Assembly: GCA_002269645.1 (NCBI GenBank)
Contig: NIVC01000467.1
Location: 1-64,000 of the forward strand
Direction: 5' to 3'
Origin: Macrostomum lignano
Lineage: Eukaryota
Length of the DNA stretch: 64,000 bases
Part shown: piece after piece, positions 48,636 to 61,960 of the stretch
Position numbering within the stretch: position 1 is the first letter of the stretch
Layout of the letters: every line of letters begins with the position of its first letter
Position numbers and translations under genes: made by a program
Notes under the pieces: model-generated
Database searches by the model: none
What the model saw: the letters and a program-made list of their open reading frames with translations, nothing else
Told to the model about the DNA's origin: nothing

Positions 48636-50867
48636 AAAACAAAGTAGCTTTTTGAGCCACTTATTTTATTTATTTATATAGATTTCATTTTAGAATTTTG
48701 GCATACCATTAATTTGTATATGGAATCATAAAATATTATTTTGAAAACTTGCAACCAAGATTTTCATAAAACAATCTAGATATAGTGATATGATATATAG
48801 TCTAACAGACAATATATCAATAGAAGCCAAAATATTAAATACCTTAAAATAGTAGCTAATTAGTAAACAGAAGCTATACAAATGATTATACGCTCATAGC
48901 TAGGCCTAGTCATTAAGTCATTGATTAAGTTAGTAATCTAGTATATACCTACTTACTCAACTATCTTTTGCATATATTATGCTGTACCATTTAATAACCT
49001 GATAAGCTTCAGTTTGACTTTTAGACAATACATCAATTAATTTAATTAGAAAAAAGTAAATGTTTTTAAAATAGCTATAGCTACTAAGCTACATTAATTA
49101 AAAACCTATTTGTAGGCCTAGCTAATTGCCTATTAAACAATGATGTTCAATTTCATGCTTCACTAATTTAATTTAATGTATAGCTCCTATAAATAGTAGA
49201 GCTACTAAAATAATTTTGAATTGAAATACATAATGTAATGACCAATGACAATGTAATTACAATTAAAGTATAACTTATTAATACAAAATTTTAGTCTACA
49301 AAGTGCCACTGCAGTATTAAAATTAATTGTATGCACTTGCCTGATACTGAGAGAGCTCTAGTCCTAGATATAAGAAAATGATAGAAAAGTATAATTACAT
49401 GTATGAAACTAAAAAATAAAGTTCAAATACAGAGTTGACAAAACATTAACAATGACATAGTACATAGACAATTGGTAGCTTTTAGTATTTTATAAAAGGA
49501 GCTATGAAAAATGAATTGGACAAACTCCAATAATGCTAGCTAGACTAGTCAATACTTATTAGTAATAGCTAGCAATAATAGGACTAGAATTAGATAAACT
49601 AAAAAACTTTTTTTGAGTTTTACAATCTTAAGTCAAGACTACAATAGTAAATAGCAAGGCTAAGTTCTTGTCATTTACGATAAGTGAAAAGCAAGTGGCA
49701 TTACTAGCCTTCAATTTCAATTACAATGATAAAAAAAGCTAGTAAAAACAACAAAGGAGAAGGCAACAACAACAAGCAAGAGCAAGAAAGCAGCAATACG
49801 TCGACCAATATGGAGCAATAAGGCGCGCTGCTTTTTAAATTTAGCAAAGTTGTTACACTTTTAAACAAAAAATTCCTAAAATGGTAGATACACTTTCTAT
49901 TGAATATACAAAGCAGATAGATTTCTAAGAAAAATCAATTTTATTTGTTTGTAAGAATTTAGAACACTTTAAATTTGTTCAGGGAGTCGTGAAAATGCAG
50001 TCATGTAAGTACAACTTATTTTGTGCATATTTGCAGCTTATATAAATCATTTTATACCTCAATTTCGAAGACTTTGTCTATACTATGCTTCAATATATTG
50101 CAATTCATTTTCTGTACTCGTCAGAATCTGCATGTAATCGTTAAAAAATAATTTCTTTTGGCAATCTACATGTAATAGATGCGATGTAAATGTACCAGTA
50201 GCAAGGATATTTTTTATCTACTACTATACAAGTAATATTTAAAGCATATTTGAAATTGAAAAAATTGCAATATTCTTTGCAATGCGATTGCAAGAATTTC
50301 ACTTTCTTGATATGTCTTTAACACTACTTACATAAGCATCTAAAGCGCACATGAAAGTTGAGAAAATTGCAAGTTCTATGAGAAAGAAATTGCAATTAAG
50401 TCAATTATTGTGAATAAAATTGCAAGTTTCAAATTTTTTCCTCAATTTCGGGTATCATGTGCTCTCTATCTCTCTCTCTCTCTCCACTTCCTTTGATCTT
50501 TCGCCGCTCGGCCACTGACCGCGGGTGACACTGCGGCGGTCCGCTTTAATTAGAGAGGTGGCGGCGCGACCGTTAGTCAGAAAGGCCGGGACCAGGGCGG
50601 ACGATTCGCCGACAGAAAGTTTCGGTAAGCCGTTTAAACCCGACCCCCCCCCGGGCCCTTCTGCTTCCTTTTCTTTCCAATTTTGAATTTTCTTCTGGTT
50701 AAGTAGCTGCCTAAGATTGTTTATAGGAGAGTGAAAAATTCTCTAATAAAATAGATATTTGTGTCTTAGCGCAGTTTTCTTCTCTAAATTATTTTCTGTA
50801 ATGTGTAGCTTATTAAATTAATACCTAATAAAACAATAAAATAATAAAATTCAAGCTCTATGACTTT

Positions 50868-51545
50868 GATAAGCTCAGAGTGACTTTGATAAGCTCAGAG
50901 TGACTTTGATAAGCTCAGAGTGACTTTGTTAAGCTCAGAGTGACTTTGATAAGCTCAGAGTGAATTTGATAAGCTCAGAGTGACTTTGTTAAGCTCAGAG
51001 TGACTTTGATAAGCTCAGAGTGAATTTGATAGGCTCTGAGTGACTTTGATAAGCTCAGAGTGACTTTGATAAGCTCAGAGTGACTTTGATAAGCTCAGAG
51101 TGACTTTGATAGGCTCAGAGTGACTTTGATAAGTCAGAGTGAATTTGATAGGCTCAGAGTGACTTTGAATTTGATAAGCTCAAGAGTGAATTTGATAAGC
51201 TCAAGAGTGAATTTGATAAGCTCAGAGTGACTTTGATAAGCTCAGAGTGAATTTGATAGGCTCTGAGTGACTTTGATAGGCTCAGAGTGACTTTGATAAG
51301 CTCAGAGTGAATTTGATAAGCTCAGAGTGACTTTGATAAGCTCAGAGTGAATTTGATAAGCTCAAGAGTGAATTTGATAAGCTCAGAGTGACTTTGATAA
51401 GCTCAGAGTGAATTTGATAGGCTCAGAGTGACTTTGATAAGCTCAGAGTGACTTTGATAAGCTCAGAGTGAATTTGATAGGCTCAGAGTGACTTTGATAA
51501 GCTCAAGAGTGAATTTGATAAGCTCAGAGTGACTTTGATAAGCAA
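50868..51545. repeat. 20-bp minisatellite GTGACTTTGATAAGCTCAGA
   Basis: About 34 copies. Confidence 0.95.
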
Positions 51546-52542
51546 CTTAAGAGATAAGCTATTAATCAAACATGTGACGCAGTTACGGTGAGTGGCATTA
51601 ATTAACAAAAAATATACTTTAACGAAGGCTCCGGTTGCGTAAGTCCCAAATAGGTAAAGAAAAAATATTACAACGTGCCTCTTTTGCTCTTTAAATTGCA
51701 ATTTGACTGTCTAAATATAGACATGTAAAAATACAACAAAAACATAATTGAGTAATTATATTTTTCATGTTAAAAATAAATAGAATATATGACGCATTTC
51801 TAGCATATGGAAATGAGCGCTTGGATGAAAAACAAAATTTGCAACATTTTACTGAATGTGCATAATTTTGCTGTTGTGTATCCGTTAGTTTTTTATACAT
51901 GTAGATGCTCTCAAATAGCAGAATAAAAATAGCACTCGCGCAATAATATACTACTAGTTCTTTTTTGTCAATAAAAGCAGATTTCTATTTTCAACTCAAA
52001 TAATCTTGTTAAAATGCTTCTGACGTACTATATTTTCATTTGATTTTAAACGGCAATAATATTTTTCGAATGGGGAATGCCGGCCCTCGCTCGATTTCGT
52101 TGCGTGGGCGTTTCCGGTGTCTAGCTAGACAAGAGTGCTTCCTGACTGCTGTGTGTTGCCCACGCTTTTAATTGAGCCATTTAAACCCTCCATTTTCTGA
52201 CACTGCGCGCCTACGTGAGCGATCTGGCGATGCGACCCCCCGTGCCATTAGAATCATCATCCAACATCAATTTAAGTGTCTGGGAAAAAAATTATCTGAG
52301 AAAAAGCACGCTGGCACTGACAAAAGTAGCGCCAATTGAGGAAACGGGGGGAGGAAAACGGAGAATTCACGAGGGCGGCGTGGGGGGTGGGGTGGGTGGG
52401 TGGCGCGGCCCGGGCGGGCGACTGACGACAATCTATTTTTAGCAACACTGCGCGGGGGAGGATTCCCCGGACCCGCCCACACCCCAACAGCCCATTTTGG
52501 AGAGCTTTGGAAGCACTAATTTCCATTGACGAGAGAGCCGCA

Positions 52543-52616
52543 ACCAATCCGAGATGCTTCCGATGACGCGGCGGTTCTAACTTCTATTTTGTCCCCGCCC
52601 AGAAATCCTATAAATA
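52543..52616 (+). promoter_or_regulatory. Core promoter of the P450 gene (CCAAT, GC box, TATA)
   Basis: AACCAATC near 52543, CCCCGCCC at 52593-52600 and TATAAATA at 52609-52616, about 100 bp upstream of the ATG. Confidence 0.6.
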
Positions 52617-52717
52617 CGGGACTGCTGGAGGACTTCCCTCTGGCAAGCTCTGAAACTCAGCAAAGCTAATCGACTGAAAACTCAAACCTTACTTGACTTA
52701 ACAGGACCTTGATCGAC

Positions 52718-54556
52718 ATGATCAACCTGATCGACCTACTGGAGACCCAGCAGTTGCCAGCGGAGTCAGTGACTCCAGCTGCCTATCGAGTACTTGGCGG
52801 ACCTCTGGCTAGCGTGCTGGCCTGTGCTGCAGGTACTCTGCTAATCTGCTACCTATTCGGCGAGAGACAAAGGTGAGATTAAGCTCAACTGCTAATTCTA
52901 TCTATAGGATATGCTCCATAAGAACTAATATAAAGCTAGAATGCTATTTACTTGACACTTGAAACAACTTCAAATTGCAGATCTGACTCCGAGCCGCCGC
53001 TGGTGCCGGGCTCCCGCCTGTTCGGCAACGGGCCGCAGTTCCAAGCCAACGCCGTGCAGTTCCTGCTCGACGCCCGCCGAAAATTCGGCAGCCTGTTCAC
53101 CATCAGATTTCCCGGCCACCACATCCACATGCTGATGAACCCGCACAGCATCGGGGAGTTCAGCCGGGCTCGCAGTCTCGACTTCGCTCCCATCCACAAG
53201 CAGGTCACCACCAACGTGTTCAGCTTCGAAATGCCAGACTCTCATCGGATGCTCCGCGATGCCTCCAAGGCTGCCCGGGCCGCCCTGAAGGACGATGTCT
53301 TCCGCTACCAGGCCTTTGTTGACGAAGGCTTCGACTCCAAACTGGCCGGCCTGGCCGAGGGACAGTGGCGCACGGAGATGCTGGACGACTTTCTGGCCGA
53401 TACGCAGTTCCGCGCCATCTTCAACTCCATCTTTGGCCGCTCGGACGAGCACCAGTTTAACCATCGCAGCGCCCGGGGACTGTTTGCCGACATCCACGCC
53501 TCTTTCAACTATGTCTGGCTCGGCTTCCCCGTGTGGATGTTCCCCAAGACCAAGAAGGCTTGGCAAACGGTCCACAGCGCCCACCCGGCGCCTCAGGAGC
53601 TTCTCGACCGCGACGATTGCAGCGTGTACATCAAGAGCGTGATGAGCACCATGATGGAGAAGGAGCAACCGGTAGCCAGCATGGTCGGACACAACATGGT
53701 CTACCTTCACGTGAACTACAACACGAAGAAGGCCACTTATTGGGCAATTAACAATCTGCTGAAGGACCGTCAGGCTTACGCCGCTCTGCAAAGTGAAATC
53801 GACGATGCAATCAACGCCAAGGTTGGCGACTCGAGCGAAGTTGCCGAATTCAGCAGCGATGAGATCGACCGCCTGCCACTGCTTGGTAAGCTGAGCCTCC
53901 GAAACCTTATGGAAATTCATTGCCAGCCTTTATTAAAATCTCCTACAAGTTTAATTAATTACAAATTCTCTTCACACTTACAGACAGCTTCATCAAGGAG
54001 ACTTTCCGCCTGTCATCTGGCGTCTTTATGATTCGTGCGGTCACGGAGGACACTGTGCTGGAAGTCGACGGTCGTAGCTACCTGTTGCGCAAGGGCGACA
54101 AAGCGGCCGTGTACCCGCCAGCTCTGCACCGCGATCCCGAGATGTACGATAGCCCCAATGTAAGCAACTACTATGCCAGTCACCTGATTTTCCATCCAAT
54201 TAAAAATTTGATTCACTTTATAACTTGAACTAACCAACGCTCTCCACTCTCTTTGTATCGTGTAGGATTTCCGACACGACAGATTCATTGACAACGAAGT
54301 GACCTACGAGGGCAAACGAGTTAGCAAGCCAATTCTGCCCTACGGCGTGCTGTGCCCCGGTCAGCGGCTGTCCCTCATCCAATTCAAGTGGTTCATGTTC
54401 GCCATGCTGGCCCGTTTCCAGTTCCGAGCTGACGAGGGCGGCCAGACAGCCGAGTACGACTTCAACAGCTACGGACACGAGATTCTGCCACCAGTCAGCG
54501 ATATCCCATTCAACTATGCGGCTAGGGACCTGGCAGTACAGCTACAGCTCTGCTAA
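52718..54556 (+). CDS. Cytochrome P450, clan 7 (CYP7/CYP8/CYP39-like), 508 aa; exons 52718-52872, 52981-53885, 53984-54159, 54266-54556
   Basis: N-terminal anchor; EPPLVPG...FGNGPQF...FTI; I-helix NTKKATYW (cf. CYP7A ANTIPATFW); K-helix KETFRLSSG; PALHRDPEMY; DRFI; heme Cys in PYGVLCPGQ. All introns are GT-AG with consistent phases, total 1527 nt. Confidence 0.92.
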
Positions 54557-56387
54557 GCCTCACTAATACGACCACCTAGCAACCAAATTTACCTCTTGGA
54601 ACATCTTCGCTGTCGTAATTCTTACATAAGACACTTCCGAATAAAAAGTGTAGATGCGAGGCCTCGAAACGCATTTATACTTTTATTGATCGCTTCTTGT
54701 CGAACGTGTTTTTCTGTTGCTTTTTGGTAATTATAGTCGCTGTGTTACAATTATTGCGCTCGCTCGCTATTCGAATTGTTTACAATTTTACTGAAAGCGA
54801 AAATGCTTGCCTTATTGACAGCCATAATAATAACTCGCTTCCTGAGAATCTTTATGTGCTTTATACTGCTGTAATCTGCCAGCATGCTTGACCACTCCCT
54901 GAGTAGACCCATTGTACACCATGCAATGTATATCAACTTACTGTTATAGTCAGTCACAATGCCACATTGGATTCAGTTCGCTTTCGCTCGCCTGTTAAAT
55001 AATTCAAACATTTACAATAACAATGATGATGATAATGATTGCTATTTAAAACAAATATATCTATGATTATGTCTAGTCAAATTCTGAACACAGCATAAAC
55101 ACTTTTAAAACAGAATTTACTTTATTTGTTTCTTTCAACACAATAGTCTGCAAGCCCACGGCCCGCGAAGCCTCTCTATCCGGCCCTCAGGTCCTTTGAA
55201 ACTTCACAATAGCAATCCGGTCCGCTTAAGGCTTGTCTCTTCTCAGCTCCCTTCTCTCCTCTCTCCCCCTTTTTTTCTCTATCCTCTCATCTTCTCTCTC
55301 TCTCTATCTTTTTATCTTCTTTCTCTTCTCTCCTCGATTTCCTCTCTCACCTGGCCATTAGCTAGGATCTTTATCTGGGCCTTTAGGCCAAACATTTTGC
55401 TCACCCCAGTTGTAACACAATAATTTTATTTTATTTAATTGTAAAAAATACAGCAACCTGTTCATGAACTTTAAACGAGTAGGAAAGCGGAACCAAACAA
55501 ATTCAAAATTGGTATGTTCTATAAATATTATTATTATTGTGGTTATTATTCATAAAAGCCCCGCAAAGTACGTGAGGTCACAGGGACAAAATTTTTCTAA
55601 AAATCAAGCAGCTAAAAGTTTAAAGTTGGTCCCTAAGCTCTGATTCTAAAATAGAAAATTTCTTCTGGGACCCCACAAGATCTGTGGGGATCGGGTGTTT
55701 TTGTTATTGCGAGCTAACAGTTGCACATTTCGGCACTTACTGGTATGTGAGGGTTTATGGCCCAAAAAACATCAGCAGGTTTTTCTCTTCTGACTTGCGA
55801 GCTGGTGATCATCAATTTGAAAATTTACTTTATCACGCACTTCCGTATAATTTCTGCTTCTAAAAGAGCCGAATGAACTGTATTGCTAGATTGAATTATG
55901 AAAACTAAACACCTTAACAAAATCTGCGCAGTTCATCTACATGTGATTCTAAAACGATTCAACTTCAACATTCACGTGATACTGCTTGGATCGGCGTGTT
56001 TCCTTGCTTTCCTGCCTTGCCGCTTTTAGCTAGTTCGTAGAAAGGTTAAGAGGAAGTAAAGGATACAAAAAGACCGAATCAGATCACGTGACTCGCGGCC
56101 CGTACCTCCTTTCGCCCAACGAGCTAATGTACTTCAAGCTAATTTAAGCTTAGCTTTCCACGGGAATTCCCAGGGTGTTAAAAAAGCATCGGTGTACAAA
56201 GTGAACAGATATGTTTTCTTACAGCCTCACATTTAAACTTCTCGTTTAGGTTAATATTAAAGCATTCAGTAAACAGGTAGCCGTTACGCAAAAACTTGTT
56301 TTACTGACATGCTCGTTAATTTTAAAGAGAGCTGTTTTTTTACTTGGAGTCAAAGATTTAATTTTTTATTTATCAGGGAGGGTGTAG

Positions 56388-59300
56388 ATCAAGGAGGGTG
56401 TAGATCAGGGAGAGTGTAGATCAGGGAGGGTGTAGATCAGGGAGGGTGTAGATCAGGGAGGGTGTAGATCAGGGAGAGTGTAGATCAGAGAGGTGTAGAT
56501 CAGGGAGGGTGTAGATCAGGGAGGGTGTAGATCAGGGAGAGTGTAGATCAGGGAGAGTGTAGATCAAGGGAGAGTGTAGATCAGCAGGGTGTAGATCAGG
56601 GAGGGTGTAGATCAGGGAGAGTGTAGATCAGGGAGGGTGTAGATCAGAGAGGTGTAGATCTGGGAGAGTGTAGATCAGAAGGGTGTAGATCAGGGAGAGT
56701 GTAGATCAAGGAGGGTGTAGATCAGGGAGGGTGTAGATCAGAGAGGTGTAGATCTGGGAGAGTGTAGATCAGCAGGGTGTAGATCAGGGAGAGTGTAGAT
56801 CAGAGAGGTGTAGATCTGGGAGAGTGTAGATCAGCAGGGTGTAGATCAGGGAGAGTGTAGATCAAGGAGGGTGTAGATCAGGGAGAGTGTAGATCAGAGA
56901 GGTGTAGATCAGGGAGGGTGTAGATCAGGGAGGGTGTAGATCAGGGAGAGTGTAGATCAGGGAGAGTGTAGATCAAGGGAGAGTGTAGATCAGCAGGGTG
57001 TAGATCAGGGAGAGTGTAGATCAGGGAGAGTGTAGATCAGGGAGGGTGTAGATCAGAGAGGTGTAGATCTGGGAGAGTGTAGATCAGCAGGGTGTAGATC
57101 AGGGAGAGTGTAGATCAAGGAGGGTGTAGATCAGGGAGGGTGTAGATCAGAGAGGTGTAGATCTGGGAGAGTGTAGATCAGCAGGGTGTAGATCAGGGAG
57201 AGTGTAGATCAGAGAGGTGTAGATCTGGGAGAGTGTAGATCAGCAGGGTGTAGATCAGGGAGAGTGTAGATCAAGGAGGGTGTAGATCAGGGAGAGTGTA
57301 GATCAAGAGAGAGTGTAGATAAGCAGGGTGTAGATCTGGGAGAGTGTAGATCAAGGACGGTGTAGATCAAGGGAGAGTGTAGATCAATGGAGAATGTAGA
57401 TCAAGGGAGAGTGTAGATCAAGGGAGAGTGTAGATCAAGGAGGGTGTAGATCAGAGAGGTGTAGATCTGGGAGAGTGTAGATCAGCAGGGTGTAGATCAG
57501 GGAGAGTGTAGATCAGGGAGAGTGTAGATCAGGGAGAGTGTAGATCAAGGAGGGTGTAGATCAGAGAGGTGTAGATCTGGGAGAGTGTAGATCAGCAGGG
57601 TGTAGATCAGGGAGAGTGTAGATCAAGGGAGAGTGTAGATCAAGGGAGAGTGTAGATCAGGGAGGGTGTAGATCAGGGAGGGTGTAGATCAGGGAGAGTG
57701 TAGATCAATGGAGAATGTAGATCAAGGGAGAGTGTAGATCAAGGGAGAGTGTAGATCAGGGAGAGTGTAGATCAGGGAGAGTGTAGATCAGGGAGAGTGT
57801 AGATCAGAGAGATGTAGATCTGGGAGAGTGTAGATCAAGGACGGTGTAGATCAAGGGAGAGTGTAGATCAATGGAGAATGTAGATCAAGGGAGAGTGTAG
57901 ATCAAGGGAGAGTGTAGATCAGGGAGAATGTAGATCAAGGGAGAGTGTAGATCAGGGAGAGTGTAGATCAGGGAGAGTGTAGATCAAGGGAGAGTGTAGA
58001 TCAGGGAGGGTGTAGATCAGGGAGGGTGTAGATCAGGGAGGGTGTAGATCAAGGAGGGTGTAGATCAGGGAGAGTGTAGATCAGGGAGAGTGTAGATCAG
58101 GGAGAGTGTAGATCAGGGAGAGTGTAGATCAGGGAGAGTGTAGATCAAGGGAGAGTGTAGATCAGCAGGGTGTAGATCAGGGAGGGTGTAGATCAGGGAG
58201 AGTGTAGATCAGGGAGGGTGTAGATCAGAGAGGTGTAGATCTGGGAGAGTGTAGATCAGAAGGGTGTAGATCAGGGAGAGTGTAGATCAAGGAGGGTGTA
58301 GATCAGGGAGGGTGTAGATCAGAGAGGTGTAGATCTGGGAGAGTGTAGATTAGCAGGGTGTAGATCAGGGAGAGTGTAGATCAGAGAGGTGTAGATCTGG
58401 GAGAGTGTAGATCAGCAGGGTGTAGATCAGGGAGAGTGTAGATCAAGGAGGGTGTAGATCAGGGAGAGTGTAGATCAGAGAGGTGTAGATCAGGGAGGGT
58501 GTAGATCAGGGAGGGTGTAGATCAGGGAGAGTGTAGATCAGGGAGAGTGTAGATCAAGGGAGAGTGTAGATCAGCAGGGTGTAGATCAGGGAGAGTGTAG
58601 ATCAGGGAGAGTGTAGATCAGGGAGGGTGTAGATCAGAGAGGTGTAGATCTGGGAGAGTGTAGATCAGCAGGGTGTAGATCAGGGAGAGTGTAGATCAAG
58701 GAGGGTGTAGATCAGGGAGGGTGTAGATCAGAGAGGTGTAGATCTGGGAGAGTGTAGATCAGCAGGGTGTAGATCAGGGAGAGTGTAGATCAGAGAGGTG
58801 TAGATCTGGGAGAGTGTAGATCAGCAGGGTGTAGATCAGGGAGAGTGTAGATCAAGGAGGGTGTAGATCAGGGAGAGTGTAGATCAAGAGAGAGTGTAGA
58901 TCAGCAGGGTGTAGATCTGGGAGAGTGTAGATCAAGGACGGTGTAGATCAAGGGAGAGTGTAGATCAATGGAGAATGTAGATCAAGGGAGAGTGTAGATC
59001 AAGGGAGAGTGTAGATCAAGGAGGGTGTAGATCAGAGAGGTGTAGATCTGGGAGAGTGTAGATCAGCAGGGTGTAGATCAGGGAGAGTGTAGATCAGGGA
59101 GAGTGTAGATCAGGGAGAGTGTAGATCAAGGAGGGTGTAGATCAGAGAGGTGTAGATCTGGGAGAGTGTAGATCAGCAGGGTGTAGATCAGGGAGAGTGT
59201 AGATCAAGGGAGAGTGTAGATCAAGGGAGAGTGTAGATCAGGGAGGGTGTAGATCAGGGAGGGTGTAGATCAGGGAGAGTGTAGATCAATGGAGAATGTA

Positions 59301-61960
59301 GATCAAGGGAGAGTGTAGATCAAGGGAGAGTGTAGATCAGGGAGAGTGTAGATCAGGGAGAGTGTAGATCAGGGAGAGTGTAGATCAGAGAGATGTAGAT
59401 CTGGGAGAGTGTAGATCAAGGACGGTGTAGATCAAGGGAGAGTGTAGATCAATGGAGAATGTAGATCAAGGGAGAGTGTAGATCAAGGGAGAGTGTAGAT
59501 CAGGGAGAATGTAGATCAAGGGAGAGTGTAGATCAGGGAGAGTGTAGATCAGGGAGAGTGTAGATCAAGGGAGAGTGTAGATCAGGGAGGGTGTAGATCA
59601 GGGAGGGTGTAGATCAGGGAGGGTGTAGATCAGGGAGGGTGTAGATCAGGGAGAGTGTAGATCAGGGAGAGTGTAGATCAGGGAGAGTGTAGATCAGGGA
59701 GAGTGTAGATCAGGGAGAGTGTAGATCAAGGGAGAGTGTAGATCAGCAGGGTGTAGATCAGGGAGGGTGTAGATCAGGGAGAGTGTAGATCAGGGAGGGT
59801 GTAGATCAGAGAGGTGTAGATCTGGGAGAGTGTAGATCAGAAGGGTGTAGATCAGGGAGAGTGTAGATCAAGGAGGGTGTAGATCAGGGAGGGTGTAGAT
59901 CAGAGAGGTGTAGATCTGGGAGAGTGTAGATCAGCAGGGTGTAGATCAGGGAGAGTGTAGATCAGAGAGGTGTAGATCTGGGAGAGTGTAGATCAGCAGG
60001 GTGTAGATCAGGGAGAGTGTAGATCAAGGAGGGTGTAGATCAGGGAGAGTGTAGATCAGAGAGGTGTAGATCAGGGAGGGTGTAGATCAGGGAGGGTGTA
60101 GATCAGGGAGAGTGTAGATCAGGGAGAGTGTAGATCAAGGGAGAGTGTAGATCAGCAGGGTGTAGATCAGGGAGAGTGTAGATCAGGGAGAGTGTAGATC
60201 AGGGAGGGTGTAGATCAGAGAGGTGTAGATCTGGGAGAGTGTAGATCAGCAGGGTGTAGATCAGGGAGAGTGTAGATCAAGGAGGGTGTAGATCAGGGAG
60301 GGTGTAGATCAGAGAGGTGTAGATCTGGGAGAGTGTAGATCAGCAGGGTGTAGATCAGGGAGAGTGTAGATCAGAGAGGTGTAGATCTGGGAGAGTGTAG
60401 ATCAGCAGGGTGTAGATCAGGGAGAGTGTAGATCAAGGAGGGTGTAGATCAGGGAGAGTGTAGATCAAGAGAGAGTGTAGATCAGCAGGGTGTAGATCTG
60501 GGAGAGTGTAGATCAAGGACGGTGTAGATCAAGGGAGAGTGTAGATCAATGGAGAATGTAGATCAAGGGAGAGTGTAGATCAAGGGAGAGTGTAGATCAA
60601 GGAGGGTGTAGATCAGAGAGGTGTAGATCTGGGAGAGTGTAGATCAGCAGGGTGTAGATCAGGGAGAGTGTAGATCAGGGAGAGTGTAGATCAGGGAGAG
60701 TGTAGATCAAGGAGGGTGTAGATCAGAGAGGTGTAGATCTGGGAGAGTGTAGATCAGCAGGGTGTAGATCAGGGAGAGTGTAGATCAAGGGAGAGTGTAG
60801 ATCAAGGGAGAGTGTAGATCAGGGAGGGTGTAGATCAGGGAGGGTGTAGATCAGGGAGAGTGTAGATCAATGGAGAATGTAGATCAAGGGAGAGTGTAGA
60901 TCAAGGGAGAGTGTAGATCAGGGAGAGTGTAGATCAGGGAGAGTGTAGATCAGGGAGAGTGTAGATCAGAGAGATGTAGATCTGGGAGAGTGTAGATCAA
61001 GGACGGTGTAGATCAAGGGAGAGTGTAGATCAATGGAGAATGTAGATCAAGGGAGAGTGTAGATCAAGGGAGAGTGTAGATCAGGGAGAATGTAGATCAA
61101 GGGAGAGTGTAGATCAGGGAGAGTGTAGATCAGGGAGAGTGTAGATCAAGGGAGAGTGTAGATCAGGGAGGGTGTAGATCAGGGAGGGTGTAGATCAGGG
61201 AGGGTGTAGATCAGGGAGGGTGTAGATCAGGGAGAGTGTAGATCAGGGAGAGTGTAGATCAGGGAGAGTGTAGATCAGGGAGAGTGTAGATCAGGGAGAG
61301 TGTAAATCAGGGAGAGTGTAGATCAGGGAGAGTGTAGATCAGGGAGAGTGTAGATCAGGGAGAGTGTAGATCAGGGAGAGTGCAGATCAGGGAGAGTGTA
61401 GATCAGGGAGGGTGTACCGTAGATCAAGGGAGAGTGTAGATCAGGGAGGGTGTAGATCAGGGAGGGTGTAGATCAGGGAGGGTGTAGATCAGGGAGAGTG
61501 TAGATCAGGGAGAGTGTAGATCAGCAGGGTGTAGATCAGGGAGAGTGTAGATCAAGGGAGAGTGTAGATCAGGGAGGGTGTAGATCAAGGGAGAGTGTAG
61601 ATCAGGGAGGGTGTAGATCAGGGAGGGTGTAGATCAGGGAGAGTGTAGATCAGGGAGAGTGTAGATCAGCAGGGTGTAGATCAGGGAGAGTGTAGATCAA
61701 GGGAGAGTGTAGATCAAGGGAGAGTGTAGATCAAGGGAGAGTGTAGATCAAGGGAGAGTGTAGATCAGGGAGGGTGTAGATCAGGGAGGGTGTAGATCAG
61801 GGAGAGTGTAGATCAGGGAGGGTGTAGATCAGGGAGGGTGTAGATCAGGGAGGGTGTAGATCAGGGAGGGTGTAGATCAGGGAGGGTGTAGATCAGGGAG
61901 GGTGTATATCAAAGAATTAGGAGGGTGTAGATCTAATGATCAGAGAGGGTATAGATCAAA
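56388..61960. repeat. 5.5-kb 15-17-bp satellite (GTGTAGATCAGGGAGA) with a 1581-bp higher-order repeat
   Basis: The rare variant CAGAAGGG recurs at 56676, 58257 and 59838 (spacing 1581). Confidence 0.95.
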
